Source of the DNA: an uncultured Methylomirabilota bacterium
GTDB lineage: Bacteria > Methylomirabilota > Methylomirabilia > Methylomirabilales > 2-02-FULL-66-22
Direction of reading: 5' to 3'
Length of the DNA: 64,000 nt
Assembly (NCBI GenBank): GCA_963705305.1
Contig: OY970067.1
Location: 5,536,001-5,600,000 of the forward strand
Positions 9,701 through 19,995 of the stretch are shown in pieces. Below the pieces are notes generated by a model. That model was given only the letters and a program-made list of their open reading frames with translations. It did no database searches and was not told where the DNA came from. Position 1 is the first letter of the stretch; each line of letters opens with the position of its first letter. The translations under genes and the position numbers were made by a program.

Positions 9701-10402
9701 TCAGGAGAACAGCGCCAGGGGATCCTCGACCTTCAGGGGATCCTGAACATAGAAGCCCTGCCCGAATTTGGCGCCGACCTGCGCCCCCAGGTAGCTGGCG
9801 AAGGCCTCCAGCCTGGTGGGGAAGTGCCTCGGCCGATCCGGTCGTTCGAACTGCGACTTGTGGTTGGCCAGCGCCTGGATCGCCTGGGGAAACTCGTCGT
9901 CCACCGGCACGATGAAGGTGGGCTTCATGAAAGGGGGCAGAAAGTAGTAGAAGATCTTCTTGACGGCGTGCGCGGCTCCCTCGGCCGGGTACTTCTCCAG
10001 GTGGGCGAAGTTCGTTCCATGGGTGACCACGTGGCCGCAGGTGATGTGATCCGCGTGACCGCGCCCCCGCCCAGGCTCCAGGCCGTAGTAGGGCGCCAGG
10101 ACGATGTCGGGCCGGTACTTCCGCACCAGCGAGGCCACAGCCCTCCGGTTGGCCTGGGAATCCTCCAGGCGCGTATCGCCCATATCGAGGATCTCGAGGG
10201 CGTCCAGCTTGAGGTCGCGAGCGGCTCGTTCGGTCTCCTGGCGTCGGATCTCGGGCGTGCCGCTGCCCATGTCCCCCTCGGTCAGAAGAACCATGCCGGT
10301 CCGGTAGCCTCGATTCTTCATCTTCAACAGGAACGCCCCCGTCCCGATCTCGGCATCATCCGGGTGCGGGCCGAAGGTGAGAAAATGCAGTCGCTCCGTC
10401 AT
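9701..10402 (-). CDS. PIG-L family deacetylase, BshB1-like
   Basis: HPDDAE, LTEGD, HADH motifs. Confidence 0.8.
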   Translation of the reverse strand: MTERLHFLTFGPHPDDAEIGTGAFLLKMKNRGYRTGMVLLTEGDMGSGTPEIRRQETERAARDLKLDALEILDMGDTRLEDSQANRRAVASLVRKYRPDIVLAPYYGLEPGRGRGHADHITCGHVVTHGTNFAHLEKYPAEGAAHAVKKIFYYFLPPFMKPTFIVPVDDEFPQAIQALANHKSQFERPDRPRHFPTRLEAFASYLGAQVGAKFGQGFYVQDPLKVEDPLALFS

Positions 10403-10600
10403 GCCGCATCCTTTCTCCCGATCCACACCATGGACCGGGTCGTCGCAACCTCGTCGCCCGTCTCGAGTCCCTCCCCGGGCCGGTCGTCACCGACGGTTCC
10501 GTTCCCCGCAGCCTGCCGGTCGGGCGCTGAATCCGGCGCCGCCGGGGAGGAAGGCCTGGGAAACACAGATTAGGAGGGCAGGCAGAAAAAGTCAATCCGC

Positions 10601-12072
10601 CTAGACCCGCACGAACTCGCCCAGCATCGGCACCTGCACATCGGGAATCCCCATGGACGTGAGCCGGTCCGCCAGGGGCAGCATCTGCTCCTCTTCCCCG
10701 TGGACCAGCAGAACCTTCCGCAGGCTGCCGCGGCAGCGGCCGACGAAGTCCACGAGATCGTCCCGATCCGCGTGGGCGCTGAAGGCGTCCATCACCACCA
10801 CCTCTGCCTCCAGGGGGTGCGTCACGCCGAAGATGCGCACCTCGGACTGCCGCTCGGCGATCCGCCGCCCCAGGGTATGCTGGGCCTGGTAGCCGATGAT
10901 GAGGACGGTGTTGCGCTGATCCTCGATGCCGTTGCGCAGGTGGTGAACGATGCGTCCGCCCTCGCACATTCCCGAGGCGGCGATGACCATGAGAGGCCCC
11001 TCGCGCTCGTTCAGCGCCTTGGACTCCTCCGCGCTGGCCAGGTAGGTCAGGTCCTCGAATCCGAAGGGGTCGCCGTTCTTGCGCATGAAGGCCAGTGTGT
11101 CCGCGTCGAAGCACTCCGGATGCAGTTTGAATATCTCGGTGATGCGGACGGACAGTGGGCTGTCCACAAGGCCAGTGTGTCCGCGTCGAAGCACTCCGGA
11201 TGCAGTTTGAATATCTCGGTGATGCGGACGGACAGTGGGCTGTCCACATAGATGGGAATCTCCGGGATGGCCTGGCGGAGGGTGAGCCGGTGCAGCGCGT
11301 ACACGAACTCCTGCGTGCGCTCCAGCGAGAAGCTGGGGACCAGGATCTTGCCCTTGCGGGCGGCAGTTCGCTTGACGACCTGCGCCAGCTGCTCCTCCAT
11401 CCCGGTCATGGGCGCATGGAGCCGGTCGCCGTAGGTGCTCTCCAACAGCAGGACGTCCGGCGACTCTGGAATCTCCGGGTCGCGCAGAATGGCCATGTTC
11501 CGCCGCCCCAGATCGCCGCTGAACACCAGACGGAGGTGATCCGGCGCCCAATCGACGTCCAGCTGCACGATGGCCGATCCCAGGACGTGGCCGGCATCCA
11601 GAAAGGTGCAGGCGGCGCCCTGGACGATCGGGGCTGGCCGGTGGTACTCCACCACTTGGAACAGTTTGAGCGCCTCCAGGACATCCGTCTCGTCATACAG
11701 GGGGACCACCGGCTGGTCCAACTGGTCCGCGTACTTCCGGTTCAAGAAATCGGCGTCCGCCTGTTGGATGTGAGCCGCATCCCGCAGCATGACGCTGCAG
11801 AGATCTCGGGTGGCCGGGGTGCAGAGGATGGTCCCGCGGAATCCCTGCTTGACCAGAGTCGGGATGTTCCCGGCATGGTCGATGTGTGCGTGAGAAAGGA
11901 TCATGGCATCCACCTGTCGGGGGTCGAAGGGCAGGTGGCGGTTCCGCTCGCCGGCCTCGCGCCGCCGCCCCTGGTAGAGGCCGCAGTCCAGCAGGACCCG
12001 GCTGTCATGGAATTCGAGCAGGTGCTGCGATCCGGTCACAGTCCGCGCGGCGCCGACGAAGTGGATGCGCAT
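10601..12072 (-). pseudogene. MBL-fold/beta-CASP RNA-processing hydrolase, frameshifted by an 80-bp tandem duplication (about 463 aa if collapsed)
   Basis: SHAHIDHAG, DAGHVLGS, ESTYG in the first frame; SGMCEGGR, GYQA, FSAHAD in the second; junction lies at the duplication. Confidence 0.8.
11088..11247. repeat. Perfect 2 x 80-bp tandem duplication
   Basis: 11088-11167 is identical to 11168-11247 (aaggccagtgtgt...gctgtccac). Confidence 0.95.
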
Positions 12073-12107
12073 CTTCAGCCTCCCCGAAGGGTCAATGGAT
12101 CAATCGC

Positions 12108-13331
12108 TCAAGCGGCCAGTGCAGCGAGGGTCTCGGTGAGGACCTCGGCCCCCCGCAGGATGTCCTCCGGCCTGGCAGATTCGTCGGGATTGTGGCTGAT
12201 CCCCCGCCGGCAGGGGATGAAGATCATCCCCGCAGGAGCCAGCTTTGCCATGTTCATGGCATCGTGTCCGGCGCCGCTGGGCATGCGGCGGTAGGGAATC
12301 TTCAGCCGGCGACAGGCGCCCTCGATCGTTTGGATGATGCCGGAGTCCATGGAAACGGGCCGTTCGGTGGAGAGGACCTCGGCCTGCACCCGCGTACCCT
12401 CCCCCTCGGCGACCCGTCGCGCGGCCGCACGGACGGCCTCCGCGGTCTCGGCCAGGTTGGCCTCATCGATGCCCCGGATGTCCACCCACATCTCCACCCG
12501 GCCCGGCACGACATTCATGGCCCCCGGGTGGACCCGCATCACCCCCACCGTGCCGACGATCCGCCGGTCGGCGCGCTGCCGGGCCTCTTCCTCGACAGCC
12601 AGCACAATTCGGGAGGCGCTGACCAAGGCGTCGTGCCGCTTGCCCATGGGAGTCGTCCCCGAGTGGGCGGCCGTCCCCTCCACCGTCAGCTTGAGGCGGA
12701 TGGGGGCGGCGATCGCCTCCACGACACCGATCGGCACACCCGCCTCTTCCAGCACAGGGCCCTGCTCGATATGGGTTTCCACGAAGGCCTTGAACTCTTG
12801 GGGACGTCGCGCGGCCTCGGGCAGCCTCTCCAGATCCAGGCCGTGCCCGGCCAGCGTCTGCGCCAGCGTCGCCCCGCCCAGATCCTTCACACCACGCCAG
12901 GCGGCCAGATCGGCGGCCCCCGCCACGACCTTGCTGCCCATGGTGGCGACCCCGAAGCGGCTGGACTCCTCCCCCCGGAAGACGATGAACTCGAGGGGAT
13001 GGCCGAGGCGGCCCCGGGCTCTCAGTTCTCGGACCGCCGCCAGCCCGGCGACCACGCCTACCACCCCGTCGAAGTTCCCCCCCTCTGGAACGGTGTCGAG
13101 GTGGGATCCGGTGGCGACGGCCGGGGCGCCGGGCGTCGCGCCCTCCAGGCGCCCGATGAAGTTTCCGAAGGCGTCCGTCCGAACGGCGAGCCCGGCCTCA
13201 CGCATGAGGCCGCCGACGTACTCACAGGCGGCCCACTCCGGCTCGCTGAACACCAGGCGGCTGAAGCCCCGCCCTCCTTTTCCAAAGCGGGCGACGCCCT
13301 CCAACCCCGCGACGATCCAGGTGAGGTCCAT
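12108..13331 (-). CDS. M20 Zn amidohydrolase (allantoate amidohydrolase / N-carbamoyl-L-amino-acid hydrolase family)
   Basis: GSHLDTV, GNFDG, EESSRFG, ETHIEQGPVLE, SGAGHDA, SHNPDE. Confidence 0.9.
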   Translation of the reverse strand: MDLTWIVAGLEGVARFGKGGRGFSRLVFSEPEWAACEYVGGLMREAGLAVRTDAFGNFIGRLEGATPGAPAVATGSHLDTVPEGGNFDGVVGVVAGLAAVRELRARGRLGHPLEFIVFRGEESSRFGVATMGSKVVAGAADLAAWRGVKDLGGATLAQTLAGHGLDLERLPEAARRPQEFKAFVETHIEQGPVLEEAGVPIGVVEAIAAPIRLKLTVEGTAAHSGTTPMGKRHDALVSASRIVLAVEEEARQRADRRIVGTVGVMRVHPGAMNVVPGRVEMWVDIRGIDEANLAETAEAVRAAARRVAEGEGTRVQAEVLSTERPVSMDSGIIQTIEGACRRLKIPYRRMPSGAGHDAMNMAKLAPAGMIFIPCRRGISHNPDESARPEDILRGAEVLTETLAALAA

Positions 13332-13445
13332 GGCCGTTCACTCCTTCCGGCCGGCTGCAACGCGCTTTGCCGCAGCTCCTACCGTGCTATACTTCCCCCG
13401 TTGATTGCCGGCTGCTCTTCACCTTCGCCCCCGACTGGACAGGGC

Positions 13446-14108
13446 ATGGCCCGAACCGTCACCGAGATCAATCGAATCGTCCGGGACCTGACCGCTGCCA
13501 GCCGCGGCTGGAACCCGACGGCCGTCGAGACGGTGGCCAGAGACTCCCGGGATCCGTACCGCATCCTGGTGTCCTGCCTCATCAGCCTGCGGACCAAGGA
13601 CGAGGTGATCGCCGCGGCGGCCGCCCGGCTGTTCCGGCTGGCCCGGACTCCCCGGAGCATGTGCGCCCTGCCGGCGGCCGCCATTGCCCGGGCCATCTAC
13701 CCCGCCGGGTTCTACCGGACCAAGGCCCGCACCATCCGCGGGATCTCCCGCACCCTGATCGTGCGGCACGGCGGGAAGGTACCCGATACCATGGAGGCGC
13801 TCCTAGCCTTGAAGGGTGTCGGCCGAAAGACCGCCAATCTGGTCATCACCGTCGGCTTCGGCAAGCCCGGCATCTGCGTGGATACCCATGTCCATCGCAT
13901 CAGCAATCGGCTCGGCATTGTCGCCACCAGAACGCCCGAGCAGACCGAAGCCGTCCTCCGCCAGGCGCTGCCGCGCCGCCACTGGATCCCGTACAACGAT
14001 CTGCTCGTGGCCTTCGGCCAGAACATCTGCCAGCCGGTTTCCCCCTGGTGCAGTCGCTGCCCCGTCGCCCCCCTCTGTCCCCGAATCGCCGTGGACCGAT
14101 CCCGCTAG
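13446..14108 (+). CDS. nth: Endonuclease III
   Basis: LISLRTKD, HhH LKGVGRKTAN, VDTHVHRI, 4Fe-4S motif C-x6-C-x2-C-x5-C. Confidence 0.92.
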   Translation: MARTVTEINRIVRDLTAASRGWNPTAVETVARDSRDPYRILVSCLISLRTKDEVIAAAAARLFRLARTPRSMCALPAAAIARAIYPAGFYRTKARTIRGISRTLIVRHGGKVPDTMEALLALKGVGRKTANLVITVGFGKPGICVDTHVHRISNRLGIVATRTPEQTEAVLRQALPRRHWIPYNDLLVAFGQNICQPVSPWCSRCPVAPLCPRIAVDRSR

Positions 14109-14148
14109 CCTCGATCCCGGCCCCGCCGTCCCCCCCCGAACAGGCGAA

Positions 14149-14246
14149 GGCCTCCTGCGTGCTCCTCTCCGAGAGGGGTCAACGCGCGGCACACAGGAGG
14201 CCCGCAATATGGGGTGGAGAATATCCAGACTCTGCCGGGTTGTCAA
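14149..14246 (-). ncRNA. Candidate small hairpin RNA with its own sigma70-like promoter
   Basis: Minus strand TTGACA-17nt-TATTCT (14246-14218), then a 14-bp stem (14149-14162/14189-14202) whose one non-Watson-Crick pair is G.U only on the minus strand. Confidence 0.4.
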
Positions 14247-14387
14247 AGCGGATCGCCGGAGGTGTCCATGCGGCAGCACCTTGTGATCTGAACACCCTCT
14301 TCCACACACAGACCACCGGCCGGAAGTCTATCCGGATACCCTGGCGCCGCCTTTCGCGAGCGGACACGCGCCCGCGTCCTACAAGAA

Positions 14388-14414
14388 GGCCCGGCAGGAA
14401 ATTCCTGCCGGGCC
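14388..14414 (-). terminator. Intrinsic terminator of Liv operon 1
   Basis: Perfect stem GGCCCGGCAGGAA/TTCCTGCCGGGCC followed by TTCTTGT on the minus strand. Confidence 0.65.
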
Positions 14415-14465
14415 CTGTGACTTCATCGACCACCGCGCCGGGTCGATCTCGAGGATAGGCGTCTC

Positions 14466-15233
14466 TCAGGCAGGCGCGCCTCGCCCTTCACGCCGGCGCT
14501 GGCGCGCCTCCCGCACATGGGCGTGCGCCCCCAAGTAGTGGGCCTTCATCTCCTCATTGTTGAGCAGGTTGCCGGCCGTATCGCCGAGCATGACCCGGCC
14601 CGTTTCCAGGACGAACCCGCGGTTGGCGATGAGGAGCGCCATACGGGCGTTCTGCTCCACCAGCAGGATGGTGGTGCCCGCCTTGTTGATCGCCTTGATG
14701 ACCTTGAAGACCTCTTGCACCAGGACCGGCGCCAGGCCGAGCGACGGCTCGTCCAGAAGCAGGAGCTTCGCCGCCGACATCAAGCCGCGGCCGATCGCCA
14801 GCATCTGCTGCTGCCCGCCGGACAGCTGCCAGCCCAGGCGGTCTTTGAACTCCTTGAGGATCGGGAACAGGCTGAAGATGCGTTCCAGGTCCCGCTCGAG
14901 ATCGGCTTTGGGCGGATTCTTCCGGGGCGTGGCCCCCAACATCAGGTTGTCGATCACAGACAGGCCGGGGAAGATGTGGCGCCCCTCGGGCACGCAGGCG
15001 ATCCCCGCCTCGGCAATATCCTCGGCCTCCTTGCCGGTGATCTCCTGACCCAGGAACTCGATCCGGCCCTTGGCGGGCGAGAGCAGGCCGGTGATGGTCT
15101 TGATGGTGGTGCTCTTGCCGGCTCCATTGGCGCCCAGCAGGGCCACGATCTCTCCCTGCTTGACGTCCAGCGAGACCCCCTTCAGGGCCTGGATGGCTCC
15201 GTACCAGGTTTCGATCCCTTCGACCTTAAGCAT
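14466..15233 (-). CDS. livF: Branched-chain amino acid-type ABC ATPase (LivF-like)
   Basis: GANGAGKST, LSGGQQQ, LDEPSLGLAP, VEQN. Confidence 0.9.
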   Translation of the reverse strand: MLKVEGIETWYGAIQALKGVSLDVKQGEIVALLGANGAGKSTTIKTITGLLSPAKGRIEFLGQEITGKEAEDIAEAGIACVPEGRHIFPGLSVIDNLMLGATPRKNPPKADLERDLERIFSLFPILKEFKDRLGWQLSGGQQQMLAIGRGLMSAAKLLLLDEPSLGLAPVLVQEVFKVIKAINKAGTTILLVEQNARMALLIANRGFVLETGRVMLGDTAGNLLNNEEMKAHYLGAHAHVREARQRRREGRGAPA

Positions 15234-17058
15234 TGCCCACCTCCGTGCCCAGGTAGGCGTCGATGACCTCCTGGTTCTTCTCGATCTCTTCGGCAGGGCC
15301 CTCGGCGATCTTCCTGCCGAAGTTGATCACGGTGAGGTGGTCGGAGACGTTCATCACCAGACTCATGTCGTGTTCCACCAGCAGGATGGTGATGCCCCGA
15401 TCGCGGATCTGGAAGAGCAGATCCACCAGGGCCTCGGTCTCGGCGGCATTCAGGCCCGCGGCGGGCTCGTCCAGCAGCAAGAGTTTGGGGTCCGAGACGA
15501 GGGCTCGCGCCAGCTCCAGCAGCCGCTGCTGCCCGTAGGGAAGGCTTCTGGCCTCGGCGGATTCCTTCCCTCCCAAACCGACGAACGCCAACGTCTCCAC
15601 GGCCCGCTGTCGCATGGCCGCCTCTTCGTTCCGCTGCGAAGCAGGCCGGAACACGCTGGCCAGCAAGCCCGCGTGCGAGCGGCTGTGCTGGCCGATCAAC
15701 ACGTTCTCCAGGACCGTCAGATCGCCGAACAGCCGGATATTCTGGAAGGTCCGTGCCACGCCATGGGCGGTGATCACATGGGGTTTCCGCCCGGCGACGG
15801 GCGTTCCGTCCAGTGTGATCTCGCCGGCCGTGGGGACATACAGACCGCTCAGCATGTTCAGGATGGTGGTCTTGCCCGAGCCGTTCGGTCCGATGAGCGC
15901 CTGGATCTCCCCGCGGCGGACCGCCATGTCCACGCCGTCCACCGCCTTCAGGCCGCCGAAGTGCTTGGCCAGGCCCCGTACGGACAGGAGGGTCCCGTCG
16001 CCGTTCCCCGCTCCACCTGCAACCGGCGGAAGCGCCCCGGTTGTCGAGCCACCGCCTCCCGCCTCCGTCGCGATTCGGATCGCAGCCGTCCTGCCGGTCC
16101 CCCACCATTCCCGCAGGCGCCGGCTGATCGGGAGGGTCCAGACCAGGCCCGCGATGCCGCTCGGCATGAAGATCATGACGGCCACGATGCCGGCCGCATA
16201 GACCATCATGTAGTAATCCTTGAGGAACCGGAGCACCTCCGGCAGCAGCGTCAGCAGGATCGCCCCCACGACGGAGCCGACGGCGGAGCCGTTGCCGCCC
16301 AGCACGGCCATGGCCAGGAGGACCACCGACTCGTCGAACGAGAACGTGTCGGGGCTGATGTAGTGCGAGCCGCTGTGGGCGAACAGCCATCCCCCGATGC
16401 CTGCGTAGCCCGCCGAAAGGGCAAAGGCCATGATCTTGAAATAGGTGGAGTCCACCCCCGCGGTCTCGGCCGCCATCTCATTGCCCTGGATGGCCATGAA
16501 GGCGCGACCCACGCGGGAGTCCTTCAACCGGATGGATGCCCAGGTGAGGAGGATCAGCGAGACGGCCGCCAGATAAAAGAACGTGCCGGGATCCTTCAGC
16601 TCGACGGCTCCGATCGACGGGGAGGGAATCTTGGCGATGCCGTCCGATCCGCCGGTGAGCCAGATGGCATTGATCAAGACGAGCTGGACGATAATCCCGA
16701 AGCCGATGGTGGCCATGGCCAGATAGTGGCCGGAAAGTTTCAAGGTCGGGATGCCCAACAGCACCCCCACCAGGCTCGCGATGACGAAGGCGGCGACCAT
16801 GCCCGCCCACACGGGCCCCCCGAACCGGGTGGTCAGGATGGCCGAGGTATAGGCCCCCACCCCCCAGAAGGCTGCCTGGGCCAAGGACAGTTGGCCGGCG
16901 TACCCCAGGACGATATTCAGGCCCAGGCACGCCACGGAGAAGCTGATCGCCAAGTTGACCAGATTGAGCCAGTAGCTGCTGCTAATCATCCAGGGAAATG
17001 CCGCCACTCCTACCACCAGGACGGCAAGGATGAGACGCTTGGCCGCTCGGGGATTCAT
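15226..17058 (-). CDS. Fused LivM permease / LivG ATPase
   Basis: GYAGQLSLAQAAFWGVGAY, LSGHYLAMAT; GPNGSGKTT, RTFQN, LDEPAAG, VEHD. Confidence 0.9.
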   Translation of the reverse strand: MNPRAAKRLILAVLVVGVAAFPWMISSSYWLNLVNLAISFSVACLGLNIVLGYAGQLSLAQAAFWGVGAYTSAILTTRFGGPVWAGMVAAFVIASLVGVLLGIPTLKLSGHYLAMATIGFGIIVQLVLINAIWLTGGSDGIAKIPSPSIGAVELKDPGTFFYLAAVSLILLTWASIRLKDSRVGRAFMAIQGNEMAAETAGVDSTYFKIMAFALSAGYAGIGGWLFAHSGSHYISPDTFSFDESVVLLAMAVLGGNGSAVGSVVGAILLTLLPEVLRFLKDYYMMVYAAGIVAVMIFMPSGIAGLVWTLPISRRLREWWGTGRTAAIRIATEAGGGGSTTGALPPVAGGAGNGDGTLLSVRGLAKHFGGLKAVDGVDMAVRRGEIQALIGPNGSGKTTILNMLSGLYVPTAGEITLDGTPVAGRKPHVITAHGVARTFQNIRLFGDLTVLENVLIGQHSRSHAGLLASVFRPASQRNEEAAMRQRAVETLAFVGLGGKESAEARSLPYGQQRLLELARALVSDPKLLLLDEPAAGLNAAETEALVDLLFQIRDRGITILLVEHDMSLVMNVSDHLTVINFGRKIAEGPAEEIEKNQEVIDAYLGTEVGNA

Positions 17059-17070
17059 GGCCGCACCTCC

Positions 17071-17952
17071 CTACGCCTTCTCGGCGATCTTCTCGCCGAA
17101 GAATCCCTGCGGGCGGAAAAGAAGAACGAGAATCAGGAGGATGAAGGCAAAGGCGTCACGGTAGGCGCTGGAAAGATAGTAGGCCCCAAACACCTCGACG
17201 ATACCCAGGAAGATCCCGCCCAGAATGGCGCCGGGGATGCTGCCGAACCCCCCCACGATGGCAGCGCAGAAGGCCTTCAGGCCCAGCATCCCCCCCATCT
17301 CTTTGGTGACATAGAAAATCGGCCCGATCAGGATTCCGGCCGCCGCGCCCAGGACGGAGCTGTAGACAAAGGTGATAACGATCATCCTGGCCACCCGGAT
17401 GCCCAGCAGCCGCGCCGTCTCCTTATCCTGCGCGGTGGCCTGCATCTTCTTCCCCAAGGAGGTCTTCTCAAAGAAGAGGTACTGAAAGACCAGCAGGGCC
17501 ACGGTCGCCAGGATGATGACAATATACTGCGGATCCACGAAGACGCCCGCCAGCTTCAGCACGTCTGGCGGGGTCGGCCGGGTCATGAGCAGCGGCTCGG
17601 CCCCGAAGACGACCTGCGCCGCGTTCCTCAGGAAGATCGACACCCCGATGGTGCTGATCACCACCGGCAGGAAGCTCCGATTCCGCAGGGGATAGTAGGC
17701 GATGCGCTGGAAGACGATGCCGAAGACGGCCATGAAGAGGGCGGTGATCAGGTAGGTCAGGGGAAACGGGATCTTCAGGACGTCCATCAACCACACCGCC
17801 ACGAAGGCGGGGACCATGACGAACTCACCCTGGGCGAAGTTGACGACATACACCGCATTGTAGATGAGGACGAAGCCCAGGGCCACCAGGGCGTAGATGG
17901 ATCCCATGGCCAGTCCCGCGGTCAGCATCTGGAGGTTGGTTGAGAGGTCCAT
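17071..17952 (-). CDS. livH: LivH-like ABC permease
   Basis: GSIYALVALGFVLIY, NFAQGEF, KAFCAAIVGGFGS, RPQGFFG. Confidence 0.9.
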   Translation of the reverse strand: MDLSTNLQMLTAGLAMGSIYALVALGFVLIYNAVYVVNFAQGEFVMVPAFVAVWLMDVLKIPFPLTYLITALFMAVFGIVFQRIAYYPLRNRSFLPVVISTIGVSIFLRNAAQVVFGAEPLLMTRPTPPDVLKLAGVFVDPQYIVIILATVALLVFQYLFFEKTSLGKKMQATAQDKETARLLGIRVARMIVITFVYSSVLGAAAGILIGPIFYVTKEMGGMLGLKAFCAAIVGGFGSIPGAILGGIFLGIVEVFGAYYLSSAYRDAFAFILLILVLLFRPQGFFGEKIAEKA

Positions 17953-17969
17953 TGCCGGGATGCTCCATC

Positions 17970-18008
17970 GGCCGCCCGGTCCCCGGCGATGGCCGGGGCC
18001 GGGCGGCC
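17970..18008 (-). terminator. Stem-loop after the substrate-binding gene (mRNA stabiliser or partial terminator)
   Basis: GGCCGCCCGGTCCCCGGC / GCCGGGGCCGGGCGGCC inverted repeat; an analogous hairpin sits at about 44177-44218 in operon 2. Confidence 0.5.
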
Positions 18009-18036
18009 CCAATCCGGAGATGGAATCGCGAGCGGG

Positions 18037-19188
18037 TTACTTCGCCCCGACGTTGACGATCTTCACCAGCTTCGGCTTCCCCTGCTCGATCTGGACGACA
18101 CTCACCTCGTGCAAGCCGTCTCCGTTGGGAGAGAACGAGAAGGTCCCCAGGACCCCTTTGTAGCCCTGGGTCGCCAGGATGGCCTCCCGGATTTTGGCGC
18201 GGTCCTGCCCGGCTTTCTTGATGGCGTTGACCAGGATGTTCAGCCCATCGTAGGTCCAGGCCGAGGTCGTATCGTAGTCCTCGTGGTACTCCTTCTGGTA
18301 ATCCGCGGCATACCGCCGGTTCACCTCGCTCTGCCCGGGCACGAAGTCGGCGACGGCCATGAGGCCCTCGGCCGCTTCCTTGGACAGGTTCAGGGCGTCC
18401 TTCATCTGGCTGGAGGCAGAACCGATGTACTTGAACGGCGAGCCCAGCTGCCGGTACTGCCGCTGGATGATGGCCACGTCCTCGGGGTTGGTCCCGTAGA
18501 GCACCATGATCTGGGCGCCGGCGTTCTTCAGGGACAGCAGCTGGGCGGTGAAGTCCTTGTCCTTGGTGGTGTACTTCTCGCGCTTCACCACCGTCAGCCC
18601 GACCGCCTTGGCCCCCTGTTCGACCAGGTCGGCCCCGCCGGATCCGAAGGCGTCGGAGTCGTTGAGGATGCCGATCTTGGTGAACTTCGTCTCTTCCTTT
18701 ATGTACTTGACCATGGCCGCGGCGGCGATGGAGTCGTCCGGCCGGACACGGAACAGCCAGGGATTGCCCTGTCTGGTGAGGGTGGCGTTCGTTCCACCGA
18801 TGAACGTCGGCACGCCGTAGTTCTTGATGGCGTCGGACATCGCCAGAACCTGGGTGCTCTTCACGACGCCGATCAGCGCCAGCACTTTCTCCTGCTCTAC
18901 CGCTTTCTGCAGGGCGGCCAGGGCGCCAGGATTGGTGGACTGATTATCCACGATGATCAGGTCGATCTTCGTGCCGTTCACTCCGCCGGCCTCGTTGATC
19001 TGCTTGAGGGCCAACTTGATGGCTTTGATTTGCAGGGCGCCCTCCGCCGCCGACGCGCCGGTGACGGGCGGGGTGAAGCCGATCCGGATCTCGCCGCTTG
19101 CCGCCATGGCCGGCGCGCTCATGAGGAGGCTCGCGAATAAGACCGACAAGAGACCGATGCACTTCCAGCTCTTCAGGGTCAGCATCAT
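18037..19188 (-). CDS. LivJ/K-like ABC substrate-binding protein
   Basis: Signal peptide, EIRIG, INEAGGVNG, WLFRVRPDD, YKGVLGTFSF; GGAGG RBS. Confidence 0.9.
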   Translation of the reverse strand: MMLTLKSWKCIGLLSVLFASLLMSAPAMAASGEIRIGFTPPVTGASAAEGALQIKAIKLALKQINEAGGVNGTKIDLIIVDNQSTNPGALAALQKAVEQEKVLALIGVVKSTQVLAMSDAIKNYGVPTFIGGTNATLTRQGNPWLFRVRPDDSIAAAAMVKYIKEETKFTKIGILNDSDAFGSGGADLVEQGAKAVGLTVVKREKYTTKDKDFTAQLLSLKNAGAQIMVLYGTNPEDVAIIQRQYRQLGSPFKYIGSASSQMKDALNLSKEAAEGLMAVADFVPGQSEVNRRYAADYQKEYHEDYDTTSAWTYDGLNILVNAIKKAGQDRAKIREAILATQGYKGVLGTFSFSPNGDGLHEVSVVQIEQGKPKLVKIVNVGAK

Positions 19189-19462
19189 TTCCTCCCTCTG
19201 TTCCCGCTCGACCGCAAGGACAAATGGATTCCTGGCCCAGGCGTGCCGGAGGCGGTCGACAGCATTCCTGGTATGGCTTTGTCCGGCAAAGCCGTCTAAT
19301 GTTAGACAGAGCAGTGTGGCGGTCAAGGAGCCGACCGAGGCTGTTGCGATGCCGGTCACATCATCCTGAAAAAGGGACAATTCGTTCGATACCGGAGTTT
19401 TCGCTGGATTTTTCGGCCAGAGACGAGACGGTTTTCCCGGAACCGGTCAGTTCGCCGGTATC

Positions 19463-19927
19463 TTACTCTTCGGCCGCGGGCGTGCGCTCGATATCTCCAT
19501 CGTCCTGCTCCTCCAGCACGCGGCCGTGAAGCAGCGAGAAGTGGCGGTACCGCCCCGGCATGTGGGAGCCCACCGAGCCAAGGATGACCACCAGGATCAG
19601 GAGCGGCACCCGCTGGTCCCACCAGATCCCCGCCGCCGCGACGAGCGCCAGCTTGATCCAGACCATGACCCCCATCCCCTGGTAGGCCCACCGGCAGGAG
19701 CGATACAGCTCGAGACCCATGAGGCCCATGCCGCTCGCAATGGTGAGCACCAGCCAGAGGATCAGTCTTTGCGGCGCCACATCGAAGGCGTGGCCGCCCA
19801 GCAAGATGCCCATGGTGCCGAGATGCAGCGTGCGAAGCGCGATGCTGATCGCGCGCTCGCAGGGAAATCGGCGCGGCGCCACCGGGAAGAGGACATCGGA
19901 AATGGTCGCCTTCTTGGCTCTGTCCAT
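19463..19927 (-). CDS. Hypothetical 4-TM membrane protein
   Basis: Hydrophobic helices, RTLHL and SHMPGRYRH motifs; start uncertain. Confidence 0.65.
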   Translation of the reverse strand: MDRAKKATISDVLFPVAPRRFPCERAISIALRTLHLGTMGILLGGHAFDVAPQRLILWLVLTIASGMGLMGLELYRSCRWAYQGMGVMVWIKLALVAAAGIWWDQRVPLLILVVILGSVGSHMPGRYRHFSLLHGRVLEEQDDGDIERTPAAEE

Positions 19928-19995
19928 GCGTATCAGAACCCCCCGACGGGTCGCCGCGAGGAACGCCGCGCGGGAGACGTGTGATGTCGGGCGCC

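Noticed and set aside
10524..10560. GCTGAATCC...GGAGGAA resembling the start of a c-di-AMP (ydaO) riboswitch
   Set aside because: The downstream conserved elements are absent and it points antisense to the flanking genes.
15070..17943. Very long opposite-strand or alternate-frame ORFs (e.g. 957 aa here, 743 aa at 53193-55424, 599 aa at 35336-37135)
   Set aside because: Shadow ORFs of real genes caused by high GC; no recognisable motifs.
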